DNA of 31,877 nt from a virus: the IMG/VR virus record IMGVR_UViG_3300013947_000014, positions 1-31,877 of that record. The stretch is one strand, 5' to 3'. Shown here piece by piece: positions 16,200 to 26,000 of the stretch. The notes under the pieces are model-generated. The model saw only the letters and a program-made list of their open reading frames with translations, made no database searches and was not told where the DNA came from. Made by a program: the position numbers and the translations under genes. The first letter of the stretch is position 1. The number at the start of each line of letters is the position of its first letter.

Positions 16200-17301
16200 A
16201 AGCGTATTGGTCAAACAAATGGAACAGGTGCAGAAGGCAATGGAGACAGCTTTTGCTAAGATGCTTGAGAGTGCAAGCGATGAAGATGTGAAGAAATATG
16301 AGAATCTATGCGCACAGATGGAGGATCTTGATAAGAAGCTATCTGAAGCAGAGGCGCTTGAGGAGAAAGACAACAACAAGCAGACACCATCTTCGCTCAA
16401 TGAAAAACAGGCGAAAGTACTTGAGGAGAAGGTAAAGTTTGTCGAGAGCCTAAGAGAAGCTGTTACAAAAGGCAGCACTTTCACAGGGCTTATACCACGT
16501 GATGTCTCAGATCAGATCCAGATGAAGAAGAACGAGATCTCGTCTCTCAGAAAGTACTGTACAGTTCATCAGGCAACAGGAGATTACACTGTCTATGTAG
16601 AAGGCGATGACGCTACTGTCACATATGTTGGCGAGGGAGCAGCTCTTACAGAGACTAGCCCAACAATCAAGCCTGTGGCTCTCTCTGCTTTGAAGCTTGG
16701 CTGCCTTGTCAAAGTATCATCAGAGTTCATTGCAGACCTTGCTGTAGATGTCATGGCATATCTTGTCGAGAAGATATCAAAGGCATTTGCTGTCAAGGAG
16801 GACCATGAGATCCTGTTCGGTGCTGGCACAACGGAATCCAAGAACAACATCAGGGGCGTTGATACAAACACATCTGTCTCAGTTGTTACTGCTGCATCTG
16901 CAACAGCATTTACATGGGAAGAAGTCAAATCAACTATCCAGGCTCTTGGGGATTATAGGTCAAATGCAATTTTGATCATGAACCAAGCAACAGCTGATAC
17001 CATCCAGTCATTCAAGGACGGAACACAGTACATCTTTGACCAGAATAGCGAACTCAAGTCCATTCTTAACAGGCCAATAGTGAAGTGCAAGGAGATGCCA
17101 TCGGTTGGCGCTAGCAAGACAGTGATCATTGCTGGGGATTTCTCTTATTACCATTTGCTCGATAGAGAGAAGCTTGAGATCAAGACGCTCAATGAGCTTT
17201 TTGCTGCCAACGATATGGTTGGAATCACAGCTACAGAGAGAGTCGATGGAGATGTAGCAATAGCAAAAGCATTCTCGAAGCTGGTGATGGCTGCTAAATA
17301 A
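16189..17301 (+). CDS. Major capsid protein, HK97 fold with N-terminal delta domain
   Basis: 370 aa. Coiled-coil N-terminus followed by a beta-rich body. Canonical position after the protease. Confidence 0.8.
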   Translation: MLTKSVLVKQMEQVQKAMETAFAKMLESASDEDVKKYENLCAQMEDLDKKLSEAEALEEKDNNKQTPSSLNEKQAKVLEEKVKFVESLREAVTKGSTFTGLIPRDVSDQIQMKKNEISSLRKYCTVHQATGDYTVYVEGDDATVTYVGEGAALTETSPTIKPVALSALKLGCLVKVSSEFIADLAVDVMAYLVEKISKAFAVKEDHEILFGAGTTESKNNIRGVDTNTSVSVVTAASATAFTWEEVKSTIQALGDYRSNAILIMNQATADTIQSFKDGTQYIFDQNSELKSILNRPIVKCKEMPSVGASKTVIIAGDFSYYHLLDREKLEIKTLNELFAANDMVGITATERVDGDVAIAKAFSKLVMAAK

Positions 17302-17312
17302 GGAGACATGAG

Positions 17313-17834
17313 ATGTTGGTTACGGTTGATGATCTCAGATCCAAATATGGATTCACTTTTTCTGAAAAGGCGGATGCGGAATATGAGGCTCTTCTAGCAA
17401 CAGCGGAGGAGGAATGCCTTTCATATGCTGGACTTGAGATAGGAAATATCGATGAATACATAGAAGGCAACGGTGGCAAGATATATTGTCTTAGCCATAA
17501 GCCGATAGTTGAGATCACTTCCGTTTCCATCGATGAGAAGCCTATTTCGTTCAGGTATGAGGCAAGGGCAAGCAAGATAGTACTTTCATCATCTGCTCCA
17601 GTTGGATCGGAGATTGTGATTTCAATGAAGCTTGGATGGGCAGAGGGCAATGAGCCAGCATCTCTTAAGACAGCAATAGCTCTTACAGCACAGCATCTTT
17701 CCAAGCTTCAGAGCTCAAAACAAATGGGAGTTCTATCCAGAACAACCGAGGGAGGCACGGAGCAAATAGAGCAATCAATACCTCCATTGGCTGTCAAAGG
17801 GCTTCTCGACAGGTTCAAGTTGGCGGTGCTCTGA
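17313..17834 (+). CDS. Head-tail connector (gp6-like) protein
   Basis: The N-terminus MLVTVDDLRSKYGFTFSEKADAEYEALLATAEEECLSYAG fits the gp6-like DNA-packaging/connector motif. First gene after the capsid gene. Confidence 0.55.
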   Translation: MLVTVDDLRSKYGFTFSEKADAEYEALLATAEEECLSYAGLEIGNIDEYIEGNGGKIYCLSHKPIVEITSVSIDEKPISFRYEARASKIVLSSSAPVGSEIVISMKLGWAEGNEPASLKTAIALTAQHLSKLQSSKQMGVLSRTTEGGTEQIEQSIPPLAVKGLLDRFKLAVL

Positions 17835-18280
17835 TGGCAGATGATTTCTTAAGTTTTTCAAAAGAGACTCAAGAAGAATTGAAGAAGACTATAGATGGTC
17901 TTTCAAATATCGCTTCAAAAAGGCTCAATGCCTGGGTTCGATTTGCCTTGATAGAGGAGGCTAATGAGTTTGCCGAATACGTAAAAGAGACAAAGCTTAC
18001 AGGAAACCCTCTCAAGAAGCGAACAGGAGAGACCTACAACTCTGTCAAGGCTTGGACAAGGAAGGCAACAAGCAAAAGAGCAAGCGCTCTATTGGTAAGG
18101 CCTGGCGTTGGAGTAAAAGGCTCTTTGAATTATCTGGCCAAATGGGTAGGGACTCCTCTTGAGTTTATGAGACCGGCTTTCACGGAATTCAGAAGAGGAG
18201 ACAGAATCTTGAAAGCTGTAAGCGAGAATGTATCCAGGCAATTGGATAAGGCTGTGAAGGAGTATGGAATTGAGGAATAG
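17834..18280 (+). CDS. Head-tail joining protein (HK97 gp10-like)
   Basis: Position and size (148 aa), and the segment TKLTGNPLKKRTGETYNSV. Overlapping stop/start with its neighbour. Confidence 0.45.
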   Translation: MADDFLSFSKETQEELKKTIDGLSNIASKRLNAWVRFALIEEANEFAEYVKETKLTGNPLKKRTGETYNSVKAWTRKATSKRASALLVRPGVGVKGSLNYLAKWVGTPLEFMRPAFTEFRRGDRILKAVSENVSRQLDKAVKEYGIEE

Positions 18281-18833
18281 AACAGATGTCTTTCTTGATA
18301 AGGTACAACAGTATTTGAAAGCATCTTTCACTGAGAGAGCAAAAGAGCTAGGGATAAAGGATATTGTTGTATGGGATAGAGGCTTCAATGCTGTTATCGA
18401 CTCCATGACATCATATCCTGCTTGTCTTACGTTCATCGAGAACAAGAACCTTTCTGATATCACAGTGACAGAATACACTCTCATGATTGCCATAGGCGTA
18501 ACAGCTGATGACACAGAGAGCCTAGAGAGGCTTGGCAACTCCTGGTGCGACATCTTGGAGGATTCAATCAGATCCGATTGGCATCTTGGCGGTGCATGTC
18601 TTGATATGGATATGAAGATAGATATCAAGCTAGGAGCAGGCAAAGGCTTGTATGTGATTTATACGGAGCTAAGATGCTCTGTTGATATTGGAGGATTTGT
18701 TTATGGAGAAAGCGAGGTGGAAGTGCATCAGGTGCGGATGGACGAGTCAGATTGTGAAAATATCCCAAGCACCAACGATATGCCCGAAATGCGGACAGAG
18801 CTTGAGGATGGAGACACGGGCGAACAAGAATAA
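18264..18833 (+). CDS. Tail completion / terminator-like protein
   Basis: Called by position between the head-tail joining and major tail genes. No motif recognised. Confidence 0.4.
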   Translation: MELRNRTDVFLDKVQQYLKASFTERAKELGIKDIVVWDRGFNAVIDSMTSYPACLTFIENKNLSDITVTEYTLMIAIGVTADDTESLERLGNSWCDILEDSIRSDWHLGGACLDMDMKIDIKLGAGKGLYVIYTELRCSVDIGGFVYGESEVEVHQVRMDESDCENIPSTNDMPEMRTELEDGDTGEQE

Positions 18834-18863
18834 AAAGCTCTTGAAGAGCTAAAGGAGAAAAAC

Positions 18864-19262
18864 ATGGCAGCAATGGCTGGAAAAGACGGTCTGATAAAGA
18901 TCGGGACAAACAAGATTGGATATATTGATAACTTCTCTATCAATATCAACAGTGCAACTTCCGAGACCAACTCATTGGGAGAGTCATGGAAGAAATACAT
19001 CGAGACAGGAAAGGATTGGAGCGGTTCTTGTTCTGGGACTCTCGATTATGACGATTTGGCGCAAAAGGATATCGTCGACAAGATGCTTGCCAATACGACA
19101 GGTGAATTTGACCTTGAGCTTAAGATCAATGCTAGCCTGACTCTTACAGGCAAGGTCCTCTTCAGCAGCTTGGCACCAAGCGGTTCTTGGGGAGACAAGA
19201 TCTCTGTCTCGTTCAACTTCGTAGGTAACGGAGCTCCAGCAAAGAAGGAGGCAACTCCATGA
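18864..19262 (+). CDS. Major tail (tube) protein
   Basis: 132 aa. GKDGLIKIGTNKIGYIDNFSININSATSE...WSGSCSGTLDYDD...SVSFNFVGNGAP fits the phi13/TP901-1-type tail tube pattern. It precedes the G/GT chaperone pair. Confidence 0.65.
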   Translation: MAAMAGKDGLIKIGTNKIGYIDNFSININSATSETNSLGESWKKYIETGKDWSGSCSGTLDYDDLAQKDIVDKMLANTTGEFDLELKINASLTLTGKVLFSSLAPSGSWGDKISVSFNFVGNGAPAKKEATP

Positions 19263-19552
19263 TCACGCTAGAGAAGGAGAAAACTGTAACAGTGCCGTTC
19301 AAGGGTGTTGATGTATCTGTCAGGTACAAGGTTCCTACGGCGGTAGATGCAGAGAGCATTGTGAATGCAAAGCTCTCCGATTGCGAGATATTCAAGAATT
19401 TCACGCTTGGAGTGTCGTGCGATGAGATAGAGGAGCTTAACGGAGCTTTCCCATCTGACATCATATCATTGCCAGGTGTGTATCCATTGGTGAACAAGGT
19501 AGCTTGGCAGATAGTGAACTCTGCCACTGTTAGCGAAGCAGAAAAAAACTGA
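19259..19552 (+). CDS. Tail assembly chaperone (G-like)
   Basis: 97 aa, located between the tube and tape-measure genes. It ends at a slippery heptamer. Confidence 0.65.
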   Translation: MITLEKEKTVTVPFKGVDVSVRYKVPTAVDAESIVNAKLSDCEIFKNFTLGVSCDEIEELNGAFPSDIISLPGVYPLVNKVAWQIVNSATVSEAEKN

Positions 19553-19836
19553 TTTGTGCCCTGTACTCTCTTCTTTGCGAGAAATATGACTGGTCATATG
19601 AACCAACAGGACCAGAGGACAGGGTAGTGGTACTAAAGAGCGGGCAGAAAGTGCGTGCCTATGATATCCCGATGATATTGAATGATAAGGATGCGCTCTC
19701 CACTGTCCGCTTCTATCAAAGATACAAGCTGATGGGTATGCCAGATAAATGGGGAGATTGCCCAAACAGGCTTGTTGTGGTTGTGGAGCTTCTTGCTCCT
19801 CTGGATGAGCTTTATCATCCTAGGATGACTCTGTAA
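19259..19836 (+). CDS. Tail assembly chaperone GT-like product made by -1 programmed frameshift
   Basis: The -1 frame is open from 19537 or earlier (I did not trace it further upstream), through the slippery site, to the stop at 19834-19836. It would add roughly 95 aa (LICALYSLLCEKYDWSYEPTGPED...HPRMTL). Confidence 0.55.
19543..19549 (+). promoter_or_regulatory. -1 ribosomal frameshift slippery heptamer A_AAA_AAC
   Basis: The zero frame reads gca gaa aaa aac tga. The heptamer a-aaa-aac ends directly before the stop codon. The -1 frame continues as ctg att tgt ... Confidence 0.55.
19738..19826 (+). repeat. Genuine 3' end of the GT frame (copy 1 of a ~89-nt duplication)
   Basis: atgccagataa...attgcccaaacaggcttgttgtggttgtggagcttctt...cctaggat recurs at 20151-20239. 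Confidence 0.85.
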
Positions 19837-19876
19837 AACATTTGACGAAAATTTTTTGCAGATATATGATTTAGAC

Positions 19877-20053
19877 ATGAGAAAAAAGAAAAAAAGCTTC
19901 TGGGAGAAGCTTGATGAGCCATGTGATACCAAGACTGGGGTGGAATTCACCATAAAAGTATATCTTGTCCTTTTATTGATTTTGTTTCTCATCCCAGCAC
20001 TTCCTTTTATACTTGTATTATTAGGATATTTGGCTAATACCCTTTTTGATTAA
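19877..20053 (+). CDS. Small membrane protein (moron 1) inside the tail module
   Basis: MRKKKKSFWEKLDEPCDTKTGVEFTIKVYLVLLLILFLIPALPFILVLLGYLANTLFD has a charged N-terminus and one long TM segment. It lies in an A+T-rich insert. Confidence 0.45.
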   Translation: MRKKKKSFWEKLDEPCDTKTGVEFTIKVYLVLLLILFLIPALPFILVLLGYLANTLFD

Positions 20054-20150
20054 CGTCTGAATCATATATCCTCCCATAGCAGGTGGATATGGCAAACTCG
20101 AAATTAACAATTGAAATATCCGCTTACGTCAAATATACAAGCTAATTGGC

Positions 20151-20239
20151 ATGCCAGATAACTGGAAAAATTGCCCAAACAGGCTTGTTGTGGTTGTGGA
20201 GCTTCTTACTCCTCTGGATAGCTTATGCCATCCTAGGAT
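20151..20239 (+). repeat. Degenerate duplicate of the GT gene 3' end (copy 2, frame broken)
   Basis: A 38-nt perfect core (attgcccaaacaggcttgttgtggttgtggagcttctt) flanked by several substitutions. There is a 1-nt deletion relative to copy 1 (ggatgagcttt versus ggat-agctta). Confidence 0.85.
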
Positions 20240-20277
20240 TATTTGACTGAGTTCGAAGATTGAATTAGTATTGAGAT

Positions 20278-20445
20278 ATGAAAGAGAAACCAGATATAAA
20301 TCCGTCTCTTCTTTTTTATCTTCATAATTTAGATAAGAATGACACAGGGAAAGAGCAAGGGGATTTTAATAGGAAGTTCTTTTGCGTTATCGCTATGTTG
20401 ATAATTATTCCATGGCTTGTTTTTGCTATTCTTATCTTGATATAG
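20278..20445 (+). CDS. Small membrane protein (moron 2) inside the tail module
   Basis: A 55-aa ORF below the track cutoff: MKEKPDINPSLLFYLHNLDKNDTGKEQGDFNRKFFCVIAMLIIIPWLVFAILILI. It has a C-terminal TM segment, the same architecture as moron 1. Confidence 0.4.
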   Translation: MKEKPDINPSLLFYLHNLDKNDTGKEQGDFNRKFFCVIAMLIIIPWLVFAILILI

Positions 20446-20472
20446 TTCAATTCTTCCCAATTACGGGTAGAG

Positions 20473-23037
20473 ATGGCTGAATCTAAATTAACAATTAAAG
20501 TTGACGCAAAGGTTACACAAGCTCTTGCTGGTATAGAGTCAGTGAACAAGAAGCTTGAAAGCATGTCAAAGACTACAATGTCAGTCACAGATCGCTTTAT
20601 CAAAGCTTCAAATACCTTGGCAAGTGCTTCAATAGCTTTGAGTACTATTAAAACGGTTGCTTCTAAAGTTGCTAGCGCTCTAAAGGAATGTGCTGATGCC
20701 TATGCAATTCAAGAGCAAGCCCAGGTACGTCTTTCTACAACATTGAAAGCTACCAACAATGTAATAGGCATGAGTGCAACAGAGCTCTATGATCTTGCAT
20801 CATCATTCCAGAAAGTCACTACATATGGAGATGAGGCAATAATAGAGGTCGAGAAGCTCTTTGTGTCATCAGGAAAGATTGCAAAGGATGTAATGCCAAA
20901 GGCTGTCGAGGCGACACTTGATATGGCGTCTGCCTTGGGAGAGGATCTGACAAGCTCCGCAAGGAGACTGGCAAAGGTCCTTGCTGATCCAAAATCCAAC
21001 CTTGATGCACTCAAGGATGCAAACATACAATTGTCCGATGCTCAAAAGGAGAATATAAAGAAACTCCAAGAAGCAAACGATTTGTTCGGAGCGCAGGACA
21101 TTGTTCTACAAAGTGTTCAGAATTCCTATGGCGGGATTGCAAAAGCCTTGGCTGACACTGACTCTGGAAAGCTTACACAGATTGGCAATGTCTATGGCGA
21201 TATAAAAGAAGGCCTTGGAAAAGGCCTATTGGATACTATCAGCCCAGCCTTGGATATCCTTTACGAGAAATTATTGCAGATTTCAGGATGGGTATCGAAA
21301 ATAGTATCTCAAAATGAGATTGCAACAACATATAAGGCTGGCGGGACTATCGATTTCAGAGATGAAAGCGATGAACAATTGAACTCATACATCAAAGGTC
21401 TATCAGCAGAAGCAAGAGTTTCATCAGGAAACAAGAGAAGCTCTCTTGAGAGAGCGCTGGCCGACATGGAAAAGGAGATGTATGCCAGAACTTTTGGCGG
21501 TCATTACAACGATTTGTCTCAAGAACAGAAGTCAACGTTCGATGAATTATATGGACAAATCACATCCTCTCGCTATGGGAAGATGCTGAAGGACTACCAA
21601 GAGGCTGGACTTGATACATCTGATGAAAATTGGTGGCGCAATGCCAATTCCTATTACTTTGACAAGACCGATGCAAAGGATGTAGCAACATATAGAGGTG
21701 CTGTTTATCAAATAGGAAAGCTTTTCCCATCCAAGTCGACTCCAGATAGTCCAATAGCAAGTGTTTCCGATGTTCTTGGAAATACAGAAACAGCAATAAG
21801 CGAGACAGATGATTCCAGTGTATCCAGCTTTATAGCCTCGCATAAATCACTTTCAGTACTTGCTCAAATTGCTGAATACCAGAAAGAGATAGATACAGCC
21901 ACAAAGCTTCTAGGAGAGATGGCAAATGATGATGAGCAATATGGACAGCTTGCCGAGATCCGCTCAGCTCTAGAGAAGAAAAAGTCTGAGCTTGAGAATC
22001 CTACGAAACAAGCAGACAACCCAACCAGTGCTGTGTCTGAATTCATTGGGGCAAACAGGGGACTATCTGTTTCTGCACAAATATCAGAGGTCTATGCACA
22101 GATAGACAAGGTAACTGGACTTATGGATGGGGCAACGGACTCGGAGAAGGAAATGCTTGAGGAGATCCGTGATTCCTATTATGAACAGCTTACTCCTTTG
22201 GAGAGGATAAAGAACGGTATTGAGGATGTAGGGGAGGAGACAGAGGACTACAAGGACAAGCTCAAGACAGTCAGTGATTACATGTCGACATTTGGCTCTG
22301 CTGCCAATTCATTTCTTTCATCTGTCTCATCCTATGTAGACACGATTTACAGCAATCAAATCTCAGCTATAGATTCTCTTCTATCTGAATCGAAGTCAAA
22401 ATGGGACAAATACCTAAGCAATCTTGAGGATAAGCAAGAGATGCAAAAGGATTCATTGTCGCATCTCTATGATAGTGGCCTTATCTCTCTGGAGGAATAC
22501 AACTCTGCCACCAAGGAGATGTACGATAGCAAGATGGCAGCAGAGGAGCAAGCTGCAAGCGAAGAAGAGAAATTGCAGAAAAAGAGGAATGAGCTTGCTG
22601 AGAAGCAGTTCAATGCCAACAAGGCAAACCAGATTGCACAGGCTGTCATCAATGGTGCTATGTCCATTACATCGATATGGGCACAGCATCCAGAGCCTAT
22701 AACAGCTGGCATTCTTACAGCTCTTGCCTCAGCGACTATCGCTGCACAGATAGCTACAATCTCAGCGACACAATATACTCCTATGGCAACTGGTGGCATA
22801 GTAACAAAGCCGACATATGCGCTCTTGGGCGAGGGTGGTGCAAAAGAGGCTGTCCTTCCTCTGACAGAGACAAACATGAAGAGGGCAGGCTTTGGCCAGG
22901 CATCAGGCGAAGGAACGATAAACATCAACATCAGCATCGGTACATCATATAACGGAGAACAACTTTCCAAGGATGTTTTCAATGGCATAGAGAGAGCTCA
23001 GAGAACAGGGCTTCTTCCGAACTGGAGGTATGCATAA
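20473..23037 (+). CDS. Tape measure protein
   Basis: 854 aa, helical and repeat-rich. Internal duplication SSFIASHKSLSVLAQIAEYQKEIDTATKLLGEM / SEFIGANRGLSVSAQISEVYAQIDKVTGLMDGA. The C-terminal GGIVTKPTYALLGEGGAKEAVLPL motif is typical of tape measure proteins. Confidence 0.85.
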   Translation: MAESKLTIKVDAKVTQALAGIESVNKKLESMSKTTMSVTDRFIKASNTLASASIALSTIKTVASKVASALKECADAYAIQEQAQVRLSTTLKATNNVIGMSATELYDLASSFQKVTTYGDEAIIEVEKLFVSSGKIAKDVMPKAVEATLDMASALGEDLTSSARRLAKVLADPKSNLDALKDANIQLSDAQKENIKKLQEANDLFGAQDIVLQSVQNSYGGIAKALADTDSGKLTQIGNVYGDIKEGLGKGLLDTISPALDILYEKLLQISGWVSKIVSQNEIATTYKAGGTIDFRDESDEQLNSYIKGLSAEARVSSGNKRSSLERALADMEKEMYARTFGGHYNDLSQEQKSTFDELYGQITSSRYGKMLKDYQEAGLDTSDENWWRNANSYYFDKTDAKDVATYRGAVYQIGKLFPSKSTPDSPIASVSDVLGNTETAISETDDSSVSSFIASHKSLSVLAQIAEYQKEIDTATKLLGEMANDDEQYGQLAEIRSALEKKKSELENPTKQADNPTSAVSEFIGANRGLSVSAQISEVYAQIDKVTGLMDGATDSEKEMLEEIRDSYYEQLTPLERIKNGIEDVGEETEDYKDKLKTVSDYMSTFGSAANSFLSSVSSYVDTIYSNQISAIDSLLSESKSKWDKYLSNLEDKQEMQKDSLSHLYDSGLISLEEYNSATKEMYDSKMAAEEQAASEEEKLQKKRNELAEKQFNANKANQIAQAVINGAMSITSIWAQHPEPITAGILTALASATIAAQIATISATQYTPMATGGIVTKPTYALLGEGGAKEAVLPLTETNMKRAGFGQASGEGTININISIGTSYNGEQLSKDVFNGIERAQRTGLLPNWRYA

Positions 23038-26000
23038 TGGGAATATGGAGCTTGCATCTTAAATTCGATGGGGATACAACAGATTATTCTGCTGGGATCC
23101 TGGAGAATGCAACTATAAAGGAATGCGTTGGTGCCAGGGGAAAGCATGCAATACAATCATGTTCTGTCTCTATATGGGACAGCATCTTGGCTGCAAAGAT
23201 ATTCAATGCGACAAAGGACATCGATGCAAAGATCTGCAATGGAAACACTATTGTGTTCGAGGGCGTAATCAGACCATATGCAAGGCTGTCGGCTGAGATG
23301 GCTCATGAGAATCCGATAGAACTCGAGGTCATAGATTATACGCAGATTCTCCATTGCTATGTCTATACCGATCTAAGCGATATAGATAGCGTAACGCAAG
23401 CCGTCAAGGACAAGTGCATAGAGACATTTACATGCAGCAATATTGGTGTGTCTGAGCTAATTGAAAAACTCTTTGGCTTGACAGGCATCACAGATAGGGT
23501 GAAGCTTGTTGTCCCTGCGCTTTCAAACAAGAAAAAGTATTTCTGCCTAGAGGCTGGCAAATACATAGATGACGTCATATCCGACTTGCTTTTCGAATAT
23601 TGCTTGGATTACAGATTCTCTCCTGGAACTCTCACAGTGTTCTCGACAAAGGTCGTGGATATAGACAGCAAGCCAATAGGAGCTTCAGCCGAGATTGGAG
23701 ACTTCAATCTTCGATTCGATGTTGCCAGAGACGATATGACAGAGGATGGAGTCTCGATAAGCTACGGCGATTACAAAGAGGGAAAGTTCAGGATCTGGAC
23801 AGAGGACAATAGATGGGATCTTGATTTCTGGGCAGGACTGACTACCATTTGGACAGCAGATTATGAGAGTGGCTATTATTACAATCGGGATATGCATAAG
23901 ACCCTTGACGATTATAAGAGCAAGGTTTCTTGGCAATTTCCTGAATCGCTTCGGGACAAGACTGTCATTGGTGTAGCCAATTTGGAAGTAAAGGGAGAGC
24001 TTCACGATGAGACTGGTGTTGAATACTCATCCCATTGCGATGAATATGACAAGGACGGTGGAAAGCCATACATAAAATACAGCGGTGTTTTCAACTACAC
24101 TTGGGGAGGCAAAGGATGGGGCTTCTATATGGAAGTCTGGGCTTCTGTGTTCTACAGGGACTCATCGCTGAAATATGAAAAGATCCTTGGGTTGAATCCA
24201 ACCAAGGTTACAGCTCTGTATATCGAGAATGTAGAGGAAGCCAAGCTTTTATGTGCCAATTTGCAAGCTCGCAATGAGAAGGCAGTGTATTCCTACAGCT
24301 TCTCGACAAAGGTTGATTTGATTCCAGGAGCGATTGTCCGGCTGGATGAAGATAAAGTAACAGGCCTTGTAACTGATGTGAGGATTCTTTCTAAGACATA
24401 TAATCCTCTTACCAAGTTGTTCAAATACGAGGCTGAAGGTGCTGGAAGCGTAAAGATCCCAGAGATATTCTCAAGCGCATCAGGTGGTTCTCCTGTCTCC
24501 GAATATCCGCAAGTATACTTCTTTGAGCTTGAAGCTTCAAAGAGCTCCTTCTTTGTGGAAGAGGCAGACAGCGATTTTACTGTTACGGCAAGAGGCACTG
24601 TGTTTTCGCAATATGGATGTGTTCCGCAATGGTCTTTCAATGGAGCTGTTCAAGATGAGACAGGCCTTGTTCTTCATTTGCGAAAAAGCCTATTGAAAGT
24701 AGGCATCAATACAGTCGAGTGCTCCACCATCCTCAATGGACAGCTGCATGAGAAAACTGTGACGGTTACATTGATACATGCAGCACTTGATATGTCCAAC
24801 TACTATGAATGGGCTGTTACACAGGACATGAATCCACCAGCTATGAGAGAGGTTTTCTTTGCTTTTGATGATAACCTGTTTTCATTTGATGATTATTTCA
24901 TAGTCCTTGATGACACTTGGTCACGAGAGCAACCAGATGTATCTCCGACTGAATTCCTGTGGCTTAGAATGCTTACCGAAGATGGGGAGTATGCTGTTAT
25001 AAGGATGACTGGAAACCCTTATCAAGATTTCAGCATCTACTCTGATCCATCCACGTATATCAATTCCAAGAGGCAGACTTCTGACAGGACTGTAACTATA
25101 TGTGTCTCTTATGGCAATATAACCAATCCTGTAATCAGCTATCAATTGATTGGGACTCCAGCGGGAGTTGTGCAAGTGAAAGAGAATGGGGTAGGTACAA
25201 ATGTCTTCAAGATCCTTGCAGGCCAGACTCCGCCAAGCTTCACAGTACAGGTTGCAATAATTGGGATAGGTGTAAAGACGCTGACTGTCCAGGGCATTGA
25301 TGTTGCGGAGAATGCATCTATGTACTTGGGACGTACCACAGTTATGCCTCCTGTCAGATCCGATATCCTTCTTGTTGATGGTGACTGGGTGCTCTTCATG
25401 GGAGATGATACCGAAATCTATAAGAAAGGACATGTCTACAAAAAGAATGGCAATACATGGTCAGAGACAACAGATGTAAAAGAGCTTGCAGATGTCTATT
25501 GGGATACAGATGATCTAAGGACCCAGAATATCTATGCAAGGGTGCTGTTTGCTGATTCGATACTTACAGAGAATCTCTCTGTACTAGGCAAATTCAGATT
25601 CCAGAAAACAACAGGGACAAATACGGCAAGCCTTGAGATATCTGAAGAGGGAATGATTGCGAGATTCGGAGCTACAACAATCGAAGATGGGAATAGACCG
25701 GCCATTTTCAATCTTGATTTTGATACAGGCAATCTTTATGGGAATTTCACGGAAGTAATTCAATATCTACCATATATTTTTCAAGATTCTTTTGACAGTA
25801 ACCATCCTGCTTATTTTGATTTTTATATTCCAGATGGCATCCTTGAAAAAGTAACCATGAGAGTTAAATGCCAACCATATCGAACATACTCTAGTGTTGG
25901 CTCTGATACATCTTTTGAGCTGGGATTTCCAAAGGTAAGTACCATGAGTCAAGCTATTCTTATGAAAGGGCATTCGCATACTTTTAATGGTAGTGCTAGT

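Noticed and set aside
18089-18643. 184-aa minus-strand ORF
   Set aside because: It is antisense to the co-directional head-tail genes. The same reasoning applies to other antisense ORFs such as 22467..22988, 24921..25433, 12995..13363 and 17294..17704.
20322-20603. 93-aa minus-strand ORF overlapping the tape-measure start
   Set aside because: It overlaps the tape-measure start and moron 2 on the opposite strand. It has no RBS or motif.
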